A stretch of DNA of 64,000 nt, from positions 56,916,001-56,980,000 of the forward strand of contig OX597829.1 of assembly GCA_951406725.2 (NCBI GenBank). The letters are read 5' to 3'. Origin of the DNA: Octopus vulgaris (Eukaryota). Shown piece by piece: positions 36,689 to 49,292 of the stretch (its first letter is position 1; every line of letters begins with the position of its first letter). The position numbers and the translations under genes were made by a program. Below the pieces are notes generated by a model, which saw nothing but the letters and a program-made list of their open reading frames with translations, did not search any database and had not been told where the DNA came from.

Positions 36689-39385
36689 AAAAATATTAAC
36701 TTGAATTGACCTGTCAAATAAGCCTGTTTATTCCTGAGATTATTTCAAGCCGATCATACAGAAAAGGGATTCAGGAAAGGAACTTTTTCAGAATATAGTC
36801 ACTAATATCACTTCTTACTTCTCTGGTATTTTTTTTTTTTTAGTATATAAAGCAGAAACAGTTTACAAGACATTCTGAACAAACAGTAACAACATAATCT
36901 CAAAGGGGTCAACACATCACAGCTATACAACTCCCATTGTCATAATATATTTTAGTAACACACTTGTATACATAAAACCTACACTTTCACCACTGCTATG
37001 ATGCTTTGGGTGTCTGTCTATATTCTCAGAATACACTTAATATACATTAGCCCTGTGCTGCTCCTCATGTACCCAATACCTTCTTGGCTATTATCCTTCT
37101 TCTCCCCTAATCTCTGGACTAGGTTGATTATGTAAAGAGGGAAAAGTTTAGATCTTTTCATATGGAACCCTCTCCCTAACATCACCATACCTCTTTATTT
37201 CTATCTCTCCCTCCCATTAAGTTGCCTGAGTAACAAGGATAATTTACCTTGTATTTTTTGGTCATCAAGTACACCACTCCATTTGCCCGACCCAGACAAT
37301 TGGTCATCACCTATTCTCCTTCAATTATATCATTCTTTTACCGCCACTATTTTTGACTATCCATCATTCATCATTAAACATCACCCCACCCTTTATACTT
37401 CCAACTGCTACCCAACTTTCTCTCAAAATCACCTACTATTGACATCCGTCACACTCTTTTACCTCAAACCATTTCCAGCTATCAACTGCCCACTTTTTCA
37501 TTTACCTTTTTGCCATAAATGATTCTCCCATTTCTCCCTCTTCCATATTGTCACACAATTTTCCTTTCATACACTTCTCAGCCTGGTTCAACTTCTGCCA
37601 CCTTTCTTTTCCATATTAATAGTCCCAGTTCCCCTTTCATATATTCATGCTTCTTCCTCCATCTTACTCCAGCTCATCTTCTACAATCACTTATTTTTCT
37701 ATCCCCTCTACTGATCGTGTCACCCAAATTGAACAGTGGTAATATGGAGCAATGATTATCCTTTAGTCCTGAACAACACAATGCAATCTGATTAGGATAT
37801 GAAACACTAGGTTTTGGGACATTGTGCATAAATATATTACTAAGATATTCCTAATATAAAGTAGAAAATGGTGATAGCATTGATCTGGTGTTGTTTGGTA
37901 CAATGGTGGTGCTAGTGTAACATATTTAAGTATTAACATGATATAATGTAGTATGGCAGATAAGTGCAGCATAGTCTAATGTGGTGTGGTGCCATGTACT
38001 GCAGTATATGTGCGGTAATGCAGTGTTGTGCCAGTGGCTTACCATTAATAATGAAATGACGTGAGTACATTCTAAGACAGGTTTCAGCATTAAAAAGTAG
38101 AAAATTCATCTTGCAGTTGAATAATGTACGTGTGTATGACAGCACAAACGTACATGTATTTGTGTATATTCCATATTGATAAAACTGGTATAAGTAGGGT
38201 ACACTAGTAGTGTTTCAGAATCATCAAAGAATGTTCCCAAGAATGTCCAAGAGACAATGGTTAATAGAATGGAGAAATACTGAGAAAATGACTGAAAGAG
38301 AGAAAGTGTACAATGGTGAAATAGAAGGTAGGAGAGAGCTAGGGGTGGTGGTGAAGGCGTACACACACACTCACACACATGAGACAATGAGAGAGACTTT
38401 ATGCAATCACTTGGCCTGCAAGAAATAGCAGCCAATCAAATCTCTCATATTACACCCTATCATCTTTAAAAAAAAAAAAAAAAGAGGACACATCAGATAA
38501 CATAGTTCAAGGTATTACAATAAAATATCTGGGATGGGCAAAGTTAAAAAAATACCTCTGAACAGGGTCGTCTGGTAGATTTGTGACAACTTAGAACTTG
38601 ACAACAATGACATGCATAAAATGTGCCAAAGTTTTGCTGTATCAACTCACCAACTTATGTCCTAGTAAAATCAAACTTCTGCACATATATTAACAAGTCA
38701 GCAACTAAATACACCACTAAAATACAATTGCATCCTAAATGGGAATAAACTTAAATTGAGTGTACATATACATTGAGCTACTCAGGTATAAATGTTAACG
38801 ACTCAAGTTACATCGTTGTGCTTTGTCATCACAACAATCTGAAACAATCTTGAAACAATTATTTGCAACAGCACATCAGTCGATAAGATTGTACTTTTTC
38901 ACTTTCTCTCTCTCTTAATTATTTTATCTTAGTTCAAGAATACATCTCATCATTATTTTATGCCCGCTTTCCAATGCCAGCATGATTTCTCTGGCAAAAT
39001 GCCCTTCCTAATATCAACCATTCTACAAAATATACTAACTGATGGAAAAAAAAAAATTTTTTTTGTGGTACCAACACTAGTGAGATGACCTTGCAACTTT
39101 GCAATACAAAGAGGCAGATTGGTCAAACACCAAGACAAACCATCAATGACTTTATAAAATCTCAATATTGAGGGTTGGGGAATATGGCAAAATGAGATTA
39201 ATACGTATCCAGGTACTCATTTAACTTACCCTGGTCACATAAAAAGGGCAGGATAATAATAATAATAATAATAAGAAGAAGAAGAATAAATTAAACAAAT
39301 AAAAAGAAAAGGAAAGTTAAAGATGGTGAAACAATGAAAGATCTTGTATGTTATTATTATTATTATTATTATTATTAGGACTTAC

Positions 39386-39630
39386 CGGAAAGGCCGTGAC
39401 ACAGACGACCGATGTGCTTTGCAATAATGGGTAGTGTGTGGTCCTTTGAATACAGACATTGTTCATAGAACCTAATAACTAAAGGAATGATTGTGTTTGA
39501 ACATGTATCGTCATCCAAAAGACTTAAAATATTCACAACGGTTTCAAGACCCATCATACGGACATAGACTTCTTCATCATTAGTTAACTCAACCAGTTCA
39601 GGAAGAATAGCATTCTTTGTTGCTTCAAGA
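39386..39630 (-). CDS. PPP4R4: PPP4R4 exon (LEATKNAILPELVELTNDEEVYVR...IGRLCHGLS)
   Basis: cag acceptor and gtaagt donor; 245 nt; in frame. Confidence 0.95.
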
Positions 39631-40039
39631 CTGCAAAAAAAAAAAGAAAAAGGAAAAATATAAAACCTATTTTGGTAATAATGATGTTGGTGTGTAAGGA
39701 AAGGATTACATTCATTTGCTTCATGTGTTTTTCTAGGCTAGTATGGGTTAGAGGAGTATTATCAAAGCATCATTTTAAAACTGGATGCCCTGTCTGATAC
39801 TCACCCTTTCCTGTTTTACAAGCAAGGCAGATTTTATTCCAGTTGTGTTCAAAAACACAAAAAAGCCACATGACAAGTTGTGGGCAGGGAACAACATCCC
39901 CACCTGGAGCTCATTCAAGAATGAGCCCAATGTAGATATCAAAACACACTGGTAATACTGGGATTTAAGACATCTTTCCTTTTTTTTTTTATATTCACAA
40001 AATATTTGAAAAAAAAGACAAAAATTTCCAGCAACTTAC

Positions 40040-40147
40040 CCCAAACCCCTTGCAACAGGATTGAGTTGCTTACACATACAACCACGGACTTCATAATCAA
40101 CATCTTGACACAATGACTGGACAATTGGCAATATTTCTTTTTTAATT
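40040..40147 (-). CDS. PPP4R4: PPP4R4 exon (IKKEILPIVQSLCQDVDYEVRGCMCKQLNPVARGL)
   Basis: cag acceptor and gtaagt donor; 108 nt; strongly conserved HEAT repeat. Confidence 0.95.
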
Positions 40148-40673
40148 CTGAAATACAGAAGCAAAATATTTCGTTAGTAAGAAAGAAATTATTTAAAAAC
40201 ATTTATAAATGAAGGCTATAGAGATAAAAGTTCACAAAATGGATAAACTTTTTCATACGGACCCACTTGAGACTGCCTCTGCTTCTACGATACCAATTTC
40301 TTTGTTTTAAGCCAGGGGTCTCCTAAGTGGTCGATGGTACTATTCAAGGGGATTGATAAATGCCTGGAAACTGCACATCTACTTAAATATTATTATTATT
40401 ATCATTTATTTGTCTGTTTATTTTCTTGTACATGCCAGGGGATCAATGAGGGGTTGATGGTCTAAAAAGTTTTAAACTGACCTAAAATAAAGGGTTAGGC
40501 TCCTTGTACTAACTACAGATCAAACCAAACCATTAATTAAAAACAAGAACAATAGTGGAAGTCTGATTTAATGAAGATCTGGCTGCCGTTTCTAATATAC
40601 TGAACAACCATGTTGATTTGTTTTTGAATTTATTACAAGACTCAGCATTTTTACATTCCAAAATAATACTTAC

Positions 40674-40780
40674 ACAAATGGGTCAAACTTAGTGGCTATT
40701 TTCCCTAATATTTGACAACACGACAGCCTGGCTTGTACTGACTGGGATAACTGACCCTTTGCCACAGCAGCTGTTAAGAT
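40674..40780 (-). CDS. PPP4R4: PPP4R4 exon (ILTAAVAKGQLSQSVQARLSCCQILGKIATKFDPF)
   Basis: cag acceptor and gtaagt donor; 107 nt; matches KAQLSQTVQSRLVSCKILGK. Confidence 0.93.
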
Positions 40781-40944
40781 CTGAAAAGGGGGGAAAATTA
40801 GTATTTATTACAAAGTAAAACATTCATTGCTTTATAAGAAACATTAAATGTTAGAAAAATAAATATATTCCTTGTGGGTCTCATTTATTTTCTGTCTTTT
40901 AATGATTTGCAACAAAGACATGTACACTCCAACACACACACACA

Positions 40945-41225
40945 CCATCATTATCATCATCATTTAGCATCTGCCTTCCATGCTGGCATGGGTTGGGCAG
41001 CTTTACAGGAGCCAGCCGGGTAGAAGACCACACCAGGCTACTGTGTCTCTTTTGGCAGGTTTTTTTACAGCTGGATGCTCTTCCTAACACCGAATGCTTT
41101 TTACATGGCAACAGCACAGGTGAGGTCTGTTTTGGCAGGGTTTTTACAGCTGGATGCCCTTCCAAATGCCAACCACTTCACAGTGTGTTCTGGATGTTTT
41201 TTTACGAGTCACCAAGTAACTTGCA
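40945..41225 (-). mobile_element. RTE-related 3' tail element (diverged subfamily, internal duplication)
   Basis: catcattt...ttccatgctggcatgggttgg; the tttggcagg..ttttacagctggatgc unit is duplicated. Confidence 0.65.
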
Positions 41226-41421
41226 AGACAAGGAATTTTGAGAGGGGAGGGGGGAATTGGAGGAGGGAATCAAGTGTCAGATGATAAAAGGTTAGAGTGT
41301 GACGGAGACAAACAAGTGTCTTGCTATAGAGGAGGTACAGAGAGAGGAAGAGGAAAAGAGAGAGAGAGAGCGAGAGAGAACAAGAAAGAGGACTGAAATA
41401 GGTATGCTGATATAAAAGAGA

Positions 41422-41463
<42 letters not shown>

Positions 41464-41489
41464 ATACAAACACAGAGTAATACTTCACT

Positions 41490-41901
41490 CAGGGATGGAT
41501 TAGTCATTAAACAGAATAAGCATGTGTTCAGGGTATCAAGGGAAGGGGAGGGGGCACCACAGAAATGGTAAATGGTTTACAGCACAAAAAGAAAAAAAAA
41601 GTCTTTAAATCTGCTAAAATAAGATTTGAAGTAATTTACATGATTGGAAATATAATTTTGAAGTGTTCATGGTGTCATAGTGAAATTCTGATCAAAGGAA
41701 ATAGGAGAAAACTTTTCAAATAAAGTGGAAAAATACAAAAATAAACATTAATTTCCTTTCTTACTGTTAGTTTTGTGTTTTGATTTTGAAAATAAAATTT
41801 ATTTAATGGTTTACTATTGTTTGTATTTTGAATTATACATATATGGTAGCACCAAAATCTTCTAAGTGCTTAGGGCCTCTATGGATCTTAATCCAATCCT
41901 G
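41490..41901. mobile_element. hAT-type MITE with 8-bp TSD
   Basis: TIR cagggatggatta / taatccaatcctg; flanks acttcact and acctcact. Confidence 0.7.
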
Positions 41902-42197
41902 ACCTCACTTTACAAGATCCTGGGTTTATTTTTCAAGCACAAGATCCAAATTTTGTACAAAGTGCCAAAGTTTCTACTACCATAACCAATGCTTGTGTTT
42001 CTGAGAAAATTATAGAGAGCAACCAAAAGCTTCCTCTAAGCAAACGACTCTAGACTTATTTTTAAAAAGAAATCTACAAGTCTGTCTATGAGTGCTTGTG
42101 AATTGGCAAACACATCTAGAAGTGATGGTGTGTGTGAGTCTAGTACGAGTGAAAGTGATTCAGAAAACAATTATAATTTTTTTAATTATAAATGATA

Positions 42198-42403
42198 CTC
42201 TTTTTTCTCTCTTTTACTCTTTTACTTGTTTCAGTCATTTGACTGCGGCCATGCTGGAGCACCGCCTTTAGCCGAGAAAATCGACCCCGGGACTTATTCT
42301 TTGTAAGCCCAGTACTTATTCTATTGGTCTCTTTTGTCGAACCGCTAAGTGACGGGGACGTAAACACACCAGCATCGGTTGTCAAGCAATGCTAGGGGGA
42401 CAA

Positions 42404-42450
<47 letters not shown>

Positions 42451-42613
42451 CAACAGGCTTCTTTCAGTTTCTGTCTACCAAATCCACTCACAAGGCATTG
42501 GTCGGCCCGGGGCTATAGCAGAAGACACTTGCCCAAGATGCTACACAGTGGGACTGAACCCGGAACCATGTGGTTGGTTAGCAAGCTACTTACCACACAG
42601 CCACTCCTGCGCC
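42198..42613 (-). mobile_element. SINE family A, full length, young (CpG-intact)
   Basis: Reverse complement of 11283-11690 with CpGs retained. Confidence 0.88.
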
Positions 42614-42834
42614 TATATATGATCTTGACATTTTTTTTTTTTTTTGCTTTACCTAAAATATTATTTACATTCTACTGTTGTTTCATTGCCATTTATTTAT
42701 GAGTATTATGAATTTCATGGGTAAAATATTTTTCTGGGAACGAATATACATGCTATAGCATTGCTACTATGGGAAATTATTGCTCTGCTTTATGAGCGGT
42801 CTCCAGGGACAAATTAACTCGTATATCGAGACAT

Positions 42835-42872
<38 letters not shown>

Positions 42873-43120
42873 CAATTAATTTATATCCATTGAATCTCTC
42901 CATTTTTAAACTTAATAATATTTAATATTTTATCCTATATTCATTGATGAAATATATTAAACCAGGATATCTTGGATAAAAATATTCCTCTAAGAGGTCT
43001 AAACATCTTCATAGTGACCATATAAATATATATCATCATCATCATCGTTTATTGTCCGCTTTCCATGCTGGCATGAGTGGGATGGTTTGATTGAGGACTG
43101 GTGAGCCAGATGGCAGCATC

Positions 43121-43578
43121 AGAGGATGTTTCTGATTAGTTACGGTTCAGTTCAGTCCATTTATCACTGAAGATTTGGGTATGAGATGTATATCAACTAA
43201 TTTTGTGCTAAAACTACTTTCAGCTGGCCAAAAAGACACTCGGACTTCTGTTGCATAAAATCTCTTTGATTGTGTCAAGAATGATGAAAAGTTTTTGGAA
43301 ACTCTGTGTAGGCCTCTGAGCAGGTATCACCAAACTTTTGGCAAAATTTGATGCAGATTCTCTGCTCAACTTTCTCTCTCATGGTCAATGCAATGATCAC
43401 ACCACACACCTTCCTTCCAAGCACTGCTGTAAACAGCAGAAGTGACCTAGAATGTTAAAACTTAGTTTGTACGCACAGCAGAGTTCAAGGTCAATCTGTG
43501 CCAAGCATCTTCACTCTGCATGCTTTAGCTTTGTTACTATGGCAACAGTCCAGATACTTATTGATCAGACCATGTATA
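43121..43578. mobile_element. Rearranged mariner transposase remnant
   Basis: Plus-strand ISYGSVQS..TEDLGMRCISTNFVLKLLS..QKDTR; minus-strand MREKVEQRICIKFCQKFGDT; TIR-like atacttattgatcagaccatgta. Confidence 0.8.
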
Positions 43579-43662
43579 CGGGTGGTGCAGCACCCTGACT
43601 TGTCAGTCTGGTCGAACCATCCAACCCATGCCAGCATGGATAATGGATGTTAGATGATGATG

Positions 43663-43717
<55 letters not shown>

Positions 43718-43962
43718 GAAAGGAACTTGTGTGTCTAAAGAAATGAGTTTGCAACACAGTTATGAATATTAAAGGATTAACTAAACCTTAAAGGATAAAT
43801 GTTGAATAAATTGGTGTATGTTTGTTATGTATGGTGTGTGTGTGTGTGTGGTGTATGTATACACACTCACACAATATTATGAATGTTACAGAATCAAACA
43901 GTTGATATTTGCAACTTATGTGTATTTAAAGAGAATAATTCTTCATGTTTAGATATACATTA

Positions 43963-43994
<32 letters not shown>

Positions 43995-44118
43995 TTTAAT
44001 TTTCAGGGGAATAGTCAATATTAAAAAACAAGACAAAGCAAGAAAAATAAAAATGAAGTAAAAGGTTTTGTGTTGGGATGCTTTGGTAATTTTAATTAAA
44101 AAAAATTAATATACTTAC

Positions 44119-44192
44119 TTCTTTTTGGATAACTGTTTTAGGTAATAGATCAATAACATCAAGTAAGGTTCCAAGCCATGCACTCGATATGT
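44119..44192 (-). CDS. PPP4R4: PPP4R4 exon (DISSAWLGTLLDVIDLLPKTVIQKE)
   Basis: aag acceptor and gtaagt donor; 74 nt; matches AWLETLLSVIEVLPK. Confidence 0.92.
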
Positions 44193-46120
44193 CTTGAAAA
44201 CAATAAAAGCATACACATATATGTAGATATAAATATATATATATATGGTAATGTAATATAACAATAATAGAATAGAATATATTTTATATAGTGCAAGCTT
44301 TATCTGGAATAGGACTTAATACGCTAAGTTGAGAGGACATATTTATCACCCACTTCCTCATATTTCACACACTATCCATCCTGATACACCTAACTTTAAC
44401 CAAACCCTGTATGAACACCAGTTCCATCTCTGGTCTTCACGGTTGTGAATAGCACGGCTAAAGGTGAAATTCAAAATAGGCTGTCAACTTTGATAGTGAG
44501 AGTGTTGTGTGTGTGTGTGTGTGTTTGTAATTTCAGAGTCTGAGCCAATAATAATTCATTTCACAATAAAAATCTGTTCCCACAATCATTATCTTTTCCT
44601 ATATCCAGTTTTAAAAATTTAAAGGGAATCAATACCATTCAGTTATTCAACACCCATTTTAGTTTTTTTCATGGTTTGGACAGGGATTAATCTTGAGGCA
44701 GAATTTTACAACTGAATGTTCTTTCTATCACTGACCCCTACCTATTTTTCAGGTAAAGGACTTTTATACATACCACATGTCACCCACTCATAATGTCACC
44801 ATGTAATGACTACAACATGGGGTATCAACAGTCTTATTCACATGCACATATATGACGGTGCAATATGGTTTCTGTCCACCAGATTCATTCATAAAGCATT
44901 GGTCAGCTGAGAGTAACAGATATTTGCCCAAAGTGCCATTTAGTGCAACTGAACCTAAATGCATTTGGTTGAGAAGCAAAATTATTAACCACATTGCCAC
45001 AAATATAACACTGGTTCCTGCTTTTCGGTCTTGCAACATCACATCTGTGAAATTCCATATTTCTAAGATTTAACCAAACCATTTCAGCTCCAAAATTACA
45101 GAGATGAATTGTTAATGTTAATATGATTACAGATGCTTGAATAATAATTCTCATTTTTAGAGTCAAAAGATTTTTTCACAATATAATTTACATATATAAC
45201 ATGTTTTCATTTCCAGTTGCCATGAAGTGACTCGTTCTTAGATATGTACATAACATCAGACAAAATTTGAACTGAGAAACTTTATTTGAAAACTAAGAAA
45301 AATAATGTTTTTATCCACTAAGCTATTTATGCATGTGAAGTGTAAATGCCTCTGTCCAGAAGCTAAGGTTCCATATTCAGATATAGTTAGGTACTGCACA
45401 CACACGCACGCACACACACACATCTGGAATTGAAATGACTGAGACAAAGGGAAGATGAACATTTTGAAGCATGATTCATTCCTGGAGAAAACTTGTAGTT
45501 TTAGGGCATTTTGTCCAAAGTTATCTTTAGTCTACCTCTACTGCGTATTGTACTTTCAGCTCATTTTGTTTTAAGCATACATCGTCTCCTCCCTTTATAT
45601 GTCCATACAAATATGTAGTGACTCTAAAATGGTGCACTACTGTGACCACACTAATGCACCACAAGCAATACCTAAGTGTAGAGCATGCACAGCTGTCACT
45701 TGTGAGCAACTATGAATTAGCAGAAAACACTATACTTTCGCTAGTTGTTTATTAGGTGCTGCTAAATGAGAACAAACACAGATGATGCTCATTTGGCCTT
45801 CCACCTGATGTGACAACTAAAGGGGACAGGGTAGCTGCAACCCTTATCATACTGTACATTCCAGCAGGAGCAATGCAGAATGAAATGTCTTGGTTCAAGG
45901 ATACAAATCATTTCAGAAAATCTCATCTTGAAGTCCAGGTTATTCATAATTTTGTTTTACAAGTAGGATTAACAATACAAATTAAGCAAAAGTTTAGAAA
46001 ATTTCTAAAATCTTAACCTTACGAAGTCTATCAGTAGTATTTACATTTCCAAGCAAAGAACAATAATAATACTTTGTTTATTTCTACTGTACAATGACGT
46101 CAAAAAGATGGAGAACCACA

Positions 46121-46192
46121 GAGCTTTGGCACAATGGATAATGCATCTGACTACAAATCAGAAGAGTCTGGGTTCAACCCCTGGCAAGATCA
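46121..46192 (+). pseudogene. tRNA-Arg(ACG)-derived pseudogene or SINE head
   Basis: tggcacaatggataatgcatctgactacaaatcagaaga..ggttcaacccctggcaagatca resembles tRNA-Arg(ACG) TGGCGCAATGGATAACGCGTCTGACTACGGATCAGAAG; CpGs decayed; a T-run follows. Confidence 0.8.
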
Positions 46193-49144
46193 AATTCTTT
46201 TTTTGTTGTTGTACACCTGAGCGCTGTATATAATAATCTCATTATTATTCTTTTAATGCCTGCTTTCACAAGACATCTTGTATTCAAAGGTTTTATATCT
46301 CTTGTACTCAACAGACTATAATTCATTCCCATTCTTTAACATTTTTTAATTTTTATTTTTACAGCTTTGTCTGGGAAGGCATAATTTTTTTCAGGATCTC
46401 TGAGGCTGGTGGAAGGAAGGGATTCAGTTATCCCTAAACCAGGAATCTGAACAAATGCAGGCTCTCTACATTAACTACTGTATAACATTTCAATTATTAC
46501 ACAAGTCACACACCAAAGAACTTTAATTCAAACAATGTGAATATTCCAATATTTATATTGGAAATGGTGTGAAGATATAGGAGAAGCAATGTATCAATGA
46601 ATTAACCATATTTATTACCCACTGTCCCTGGTTCTCAATGGATGATTGTCCATTTTAAAAATTCAAATTAGAACTTTCCATCAATATTTTAAGTAATACC
46701 ATTTCACTAACCTCTTCTGTTGAAAGACAATGTTTGTTTCAATTAATTTTGAAAATAAAGAATTTAGTAAAATAACTGTCTTGATTAAGCTGGTGCTTGG
46801 AACAAATTAACATAAAATTTTGCTGGATGGTTTTTAGATGACTTTAACCCTTTAGCATTTAAACTGGCCATATCTGATCCAAATATTCTACCTGTTTTAT
46901 ATTTAAACCATCCACATCCAGCCTCTTACACCAACCCTACAATGTCATTTGAAAAATAAACAGTTACATCTTCAAAATCCAAAAGCTATGAGATAAAGCA
47001 TGATTAATTCAAAGCAACGTGGATAAACAAGCATTACATTTGAAAGAGGGAAATTTGTGTTGAACTAAAGAGTGGTCTCAAGTAGGTTGGTATAAAAGGG
47101 GTAAGTCATATTTCAAATACTAGTTTAATAATGAAAAATTTAGTCAATTCATTAAGTTCTTCCAAATAGTGTTGATTACTTTTAAAATAAAATATCAGTA
47201 GTGTATTTCAAGAAAAAATATGGCTACAAAAATTAAAAGTGAAAAGCACCGTTTTGTAAACTGGACATTTATAGAAATTTGGAAATTGATCTGATACAGG
47301 AATTCAATTTCTTCCCAGAAGAACATTATAGTATTGGCAAAATGACCTTCCCAATGTACAACATTATAATATTGTCTTAGATATAATTAGATTCACTGAG
47401 AAATTTAATGTTATTTATTTACATAGACTTGGAAACTAATCATAGCTACCTAATCTCTTTCCATAAAAGCATTCACAGCTTTACAACAATTGTATTATAT
47501 ATATAATTAGGTATATTGAGAAATCTATATAATAAGATATTTCTACTGTAGGATCAATGTTTTCCCATCAGTATCTGCCATTTCAATCAATATACAATCT
47601 ACGAGATGTAAGTGATTACTCTGCATGGTCACAATGCCTGTTAGAAAGACCAGTTGAGTCTCCCTCAAATCATGCTCCACCATCTAAAGGATGGAAGGAA
47701 ATGTACAACAAAGATAATGTAGCCCTGAGACCATTTTACCTTAAGAAAAGATGGGATAGTCATGGCTGGAACAACTTTGATCATAAGTCTACATAAGGTC
47801 TAGCCTTGTGCTACATAAACACATGAAATCTGATAAGACACCCATAAGTAGTTATATCAGATTTCTGGATATTTTTATGGAGTATCCACACCCAGAGACT
47901 CTTCTGAATCACTACAGAAGCGGTTTAACTGTTGCCTTCCTCTAAAGTTTGGCATTTTTCTTTCAGGATTAATAAGAACTTATTTAACTCTTTTGGGCTA
48001 TTCTTTTTGCTTTGAATTAATCCTTGCACCATCTTGTAATTTCAAGATTTCAATGACGTGATTGTATATTTTTCGAATGACATTGTAGGGGAGGTGTGGA
48101 GGTCAGATCTGGCCAGTTTGGACATAAAACAAGTAGAATATTTGGGTTGGATATGGTTGGTTTAAATGCTAAAGGGTTAAAGTTAGGTGGACTGAGCCAT
48201 TTTGGGGTTTAAGAATTCTAGCTTCTGCTGTAAACAATTCCATCTGAGGAACTCACATACAGCAAGATGTAGTAGGATTTGATCTGTGATCTCTCAGTGG
48301 GAGGTCTGCTATTCTATCCATTACAACATCTTTGGTACCACATATGGCAAGACTTATAAGATTATCAGGAGGTATGTGTAATAATTATAAAAGGACTGCT
48401 GTGGACAGGACTTGAACTGTAACCTCTCAGATGTCCACTACTCACAAGGTCATTTGTGGTCTGATTCCATTCTATGGACTTTCACCATTTCTGTCTGTTA
48501 AATTTCACTGCCAAGTTTTGGTTGAGCTAAGGCAATGGTAGAAGACAACTGGTACAAAGTACCGTGTGGTGTAATTGAACCTAGAACCACATAGTTATGA
48601 AGCAAACTTCTTCTTCACACAAACATGGCTACCAATGACTACATTTGTTGGATCTCCATTGCTCTATAATGCAGAAATATGAAAAATAATGAGGATGACT
48701 GAGATGGAATCATCTCACCATAGTTCTTTGCTTCCTCATCTTTCACTGACACCCTGCCATACACAACTTTACAAAAGATGCAAATCAAGTCTTTATCTTA
48801 TAACATGCCTCTTTGAGGCATTTTTGGATCTTTGGTACTTAGAATCAACTGGAGAGTTTCTATTAACACTTTTAAAACTTATCTTAAAAACAGCAGGTCT
48901 TGGAAAAATTCCAATGTTGGGTAATTACTCATGTCCTAGTAATAGCAATGCAAGAAGATACAACAGTAAATTTTATGATGCTCCCACTGCCGACAGTGAT
49001 GATTCCACTGTGGTACCAAGTTACAGAAATGTGGTTTTTGTTTTTTAATTAGTTGCTTCGTTCTTTGGACTGTGGCCATGTGTAATAATTACAAAGGTAT
49101 GTCTTTATAAAGTGCATAATGAAGGTATTTTTTCTTTAATTTAC

Positions 49145-49292
49145 CTGGATTCTTGTTATCAATGCTAGTAAGAATGGTTTGTAAAAACGTTTGTGCATAG
49201 TTCTGTACTGCAACTTGTTCTTTCTGTAATATTTGGAGAAATGCTGTCGATGCAGCCCGTTGTATGTCTGCTTGGGCATAGTTCAAAACCTC
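49145..49292 (-). CDS. PPP4R4: PPP4R4 exon (EVLNYAQADIQRAASTAFLQILQKEQVAVQNYAQTFLQTILTSIDNKNP)
   Basis: tag acceptor and gtaaa donor; 148 nt; phase 0 to 1. Confidence 0.92.

Noticed and set aside
37280-37745. Pyrimidine-rich ORFs (also 6556-6848, 13509-13862, 49626-49871, 50195-50641)
   Set aside because: Low-complexity purine/pyrimidine-skewed tracts that lack stops by composition; no splice or homology support
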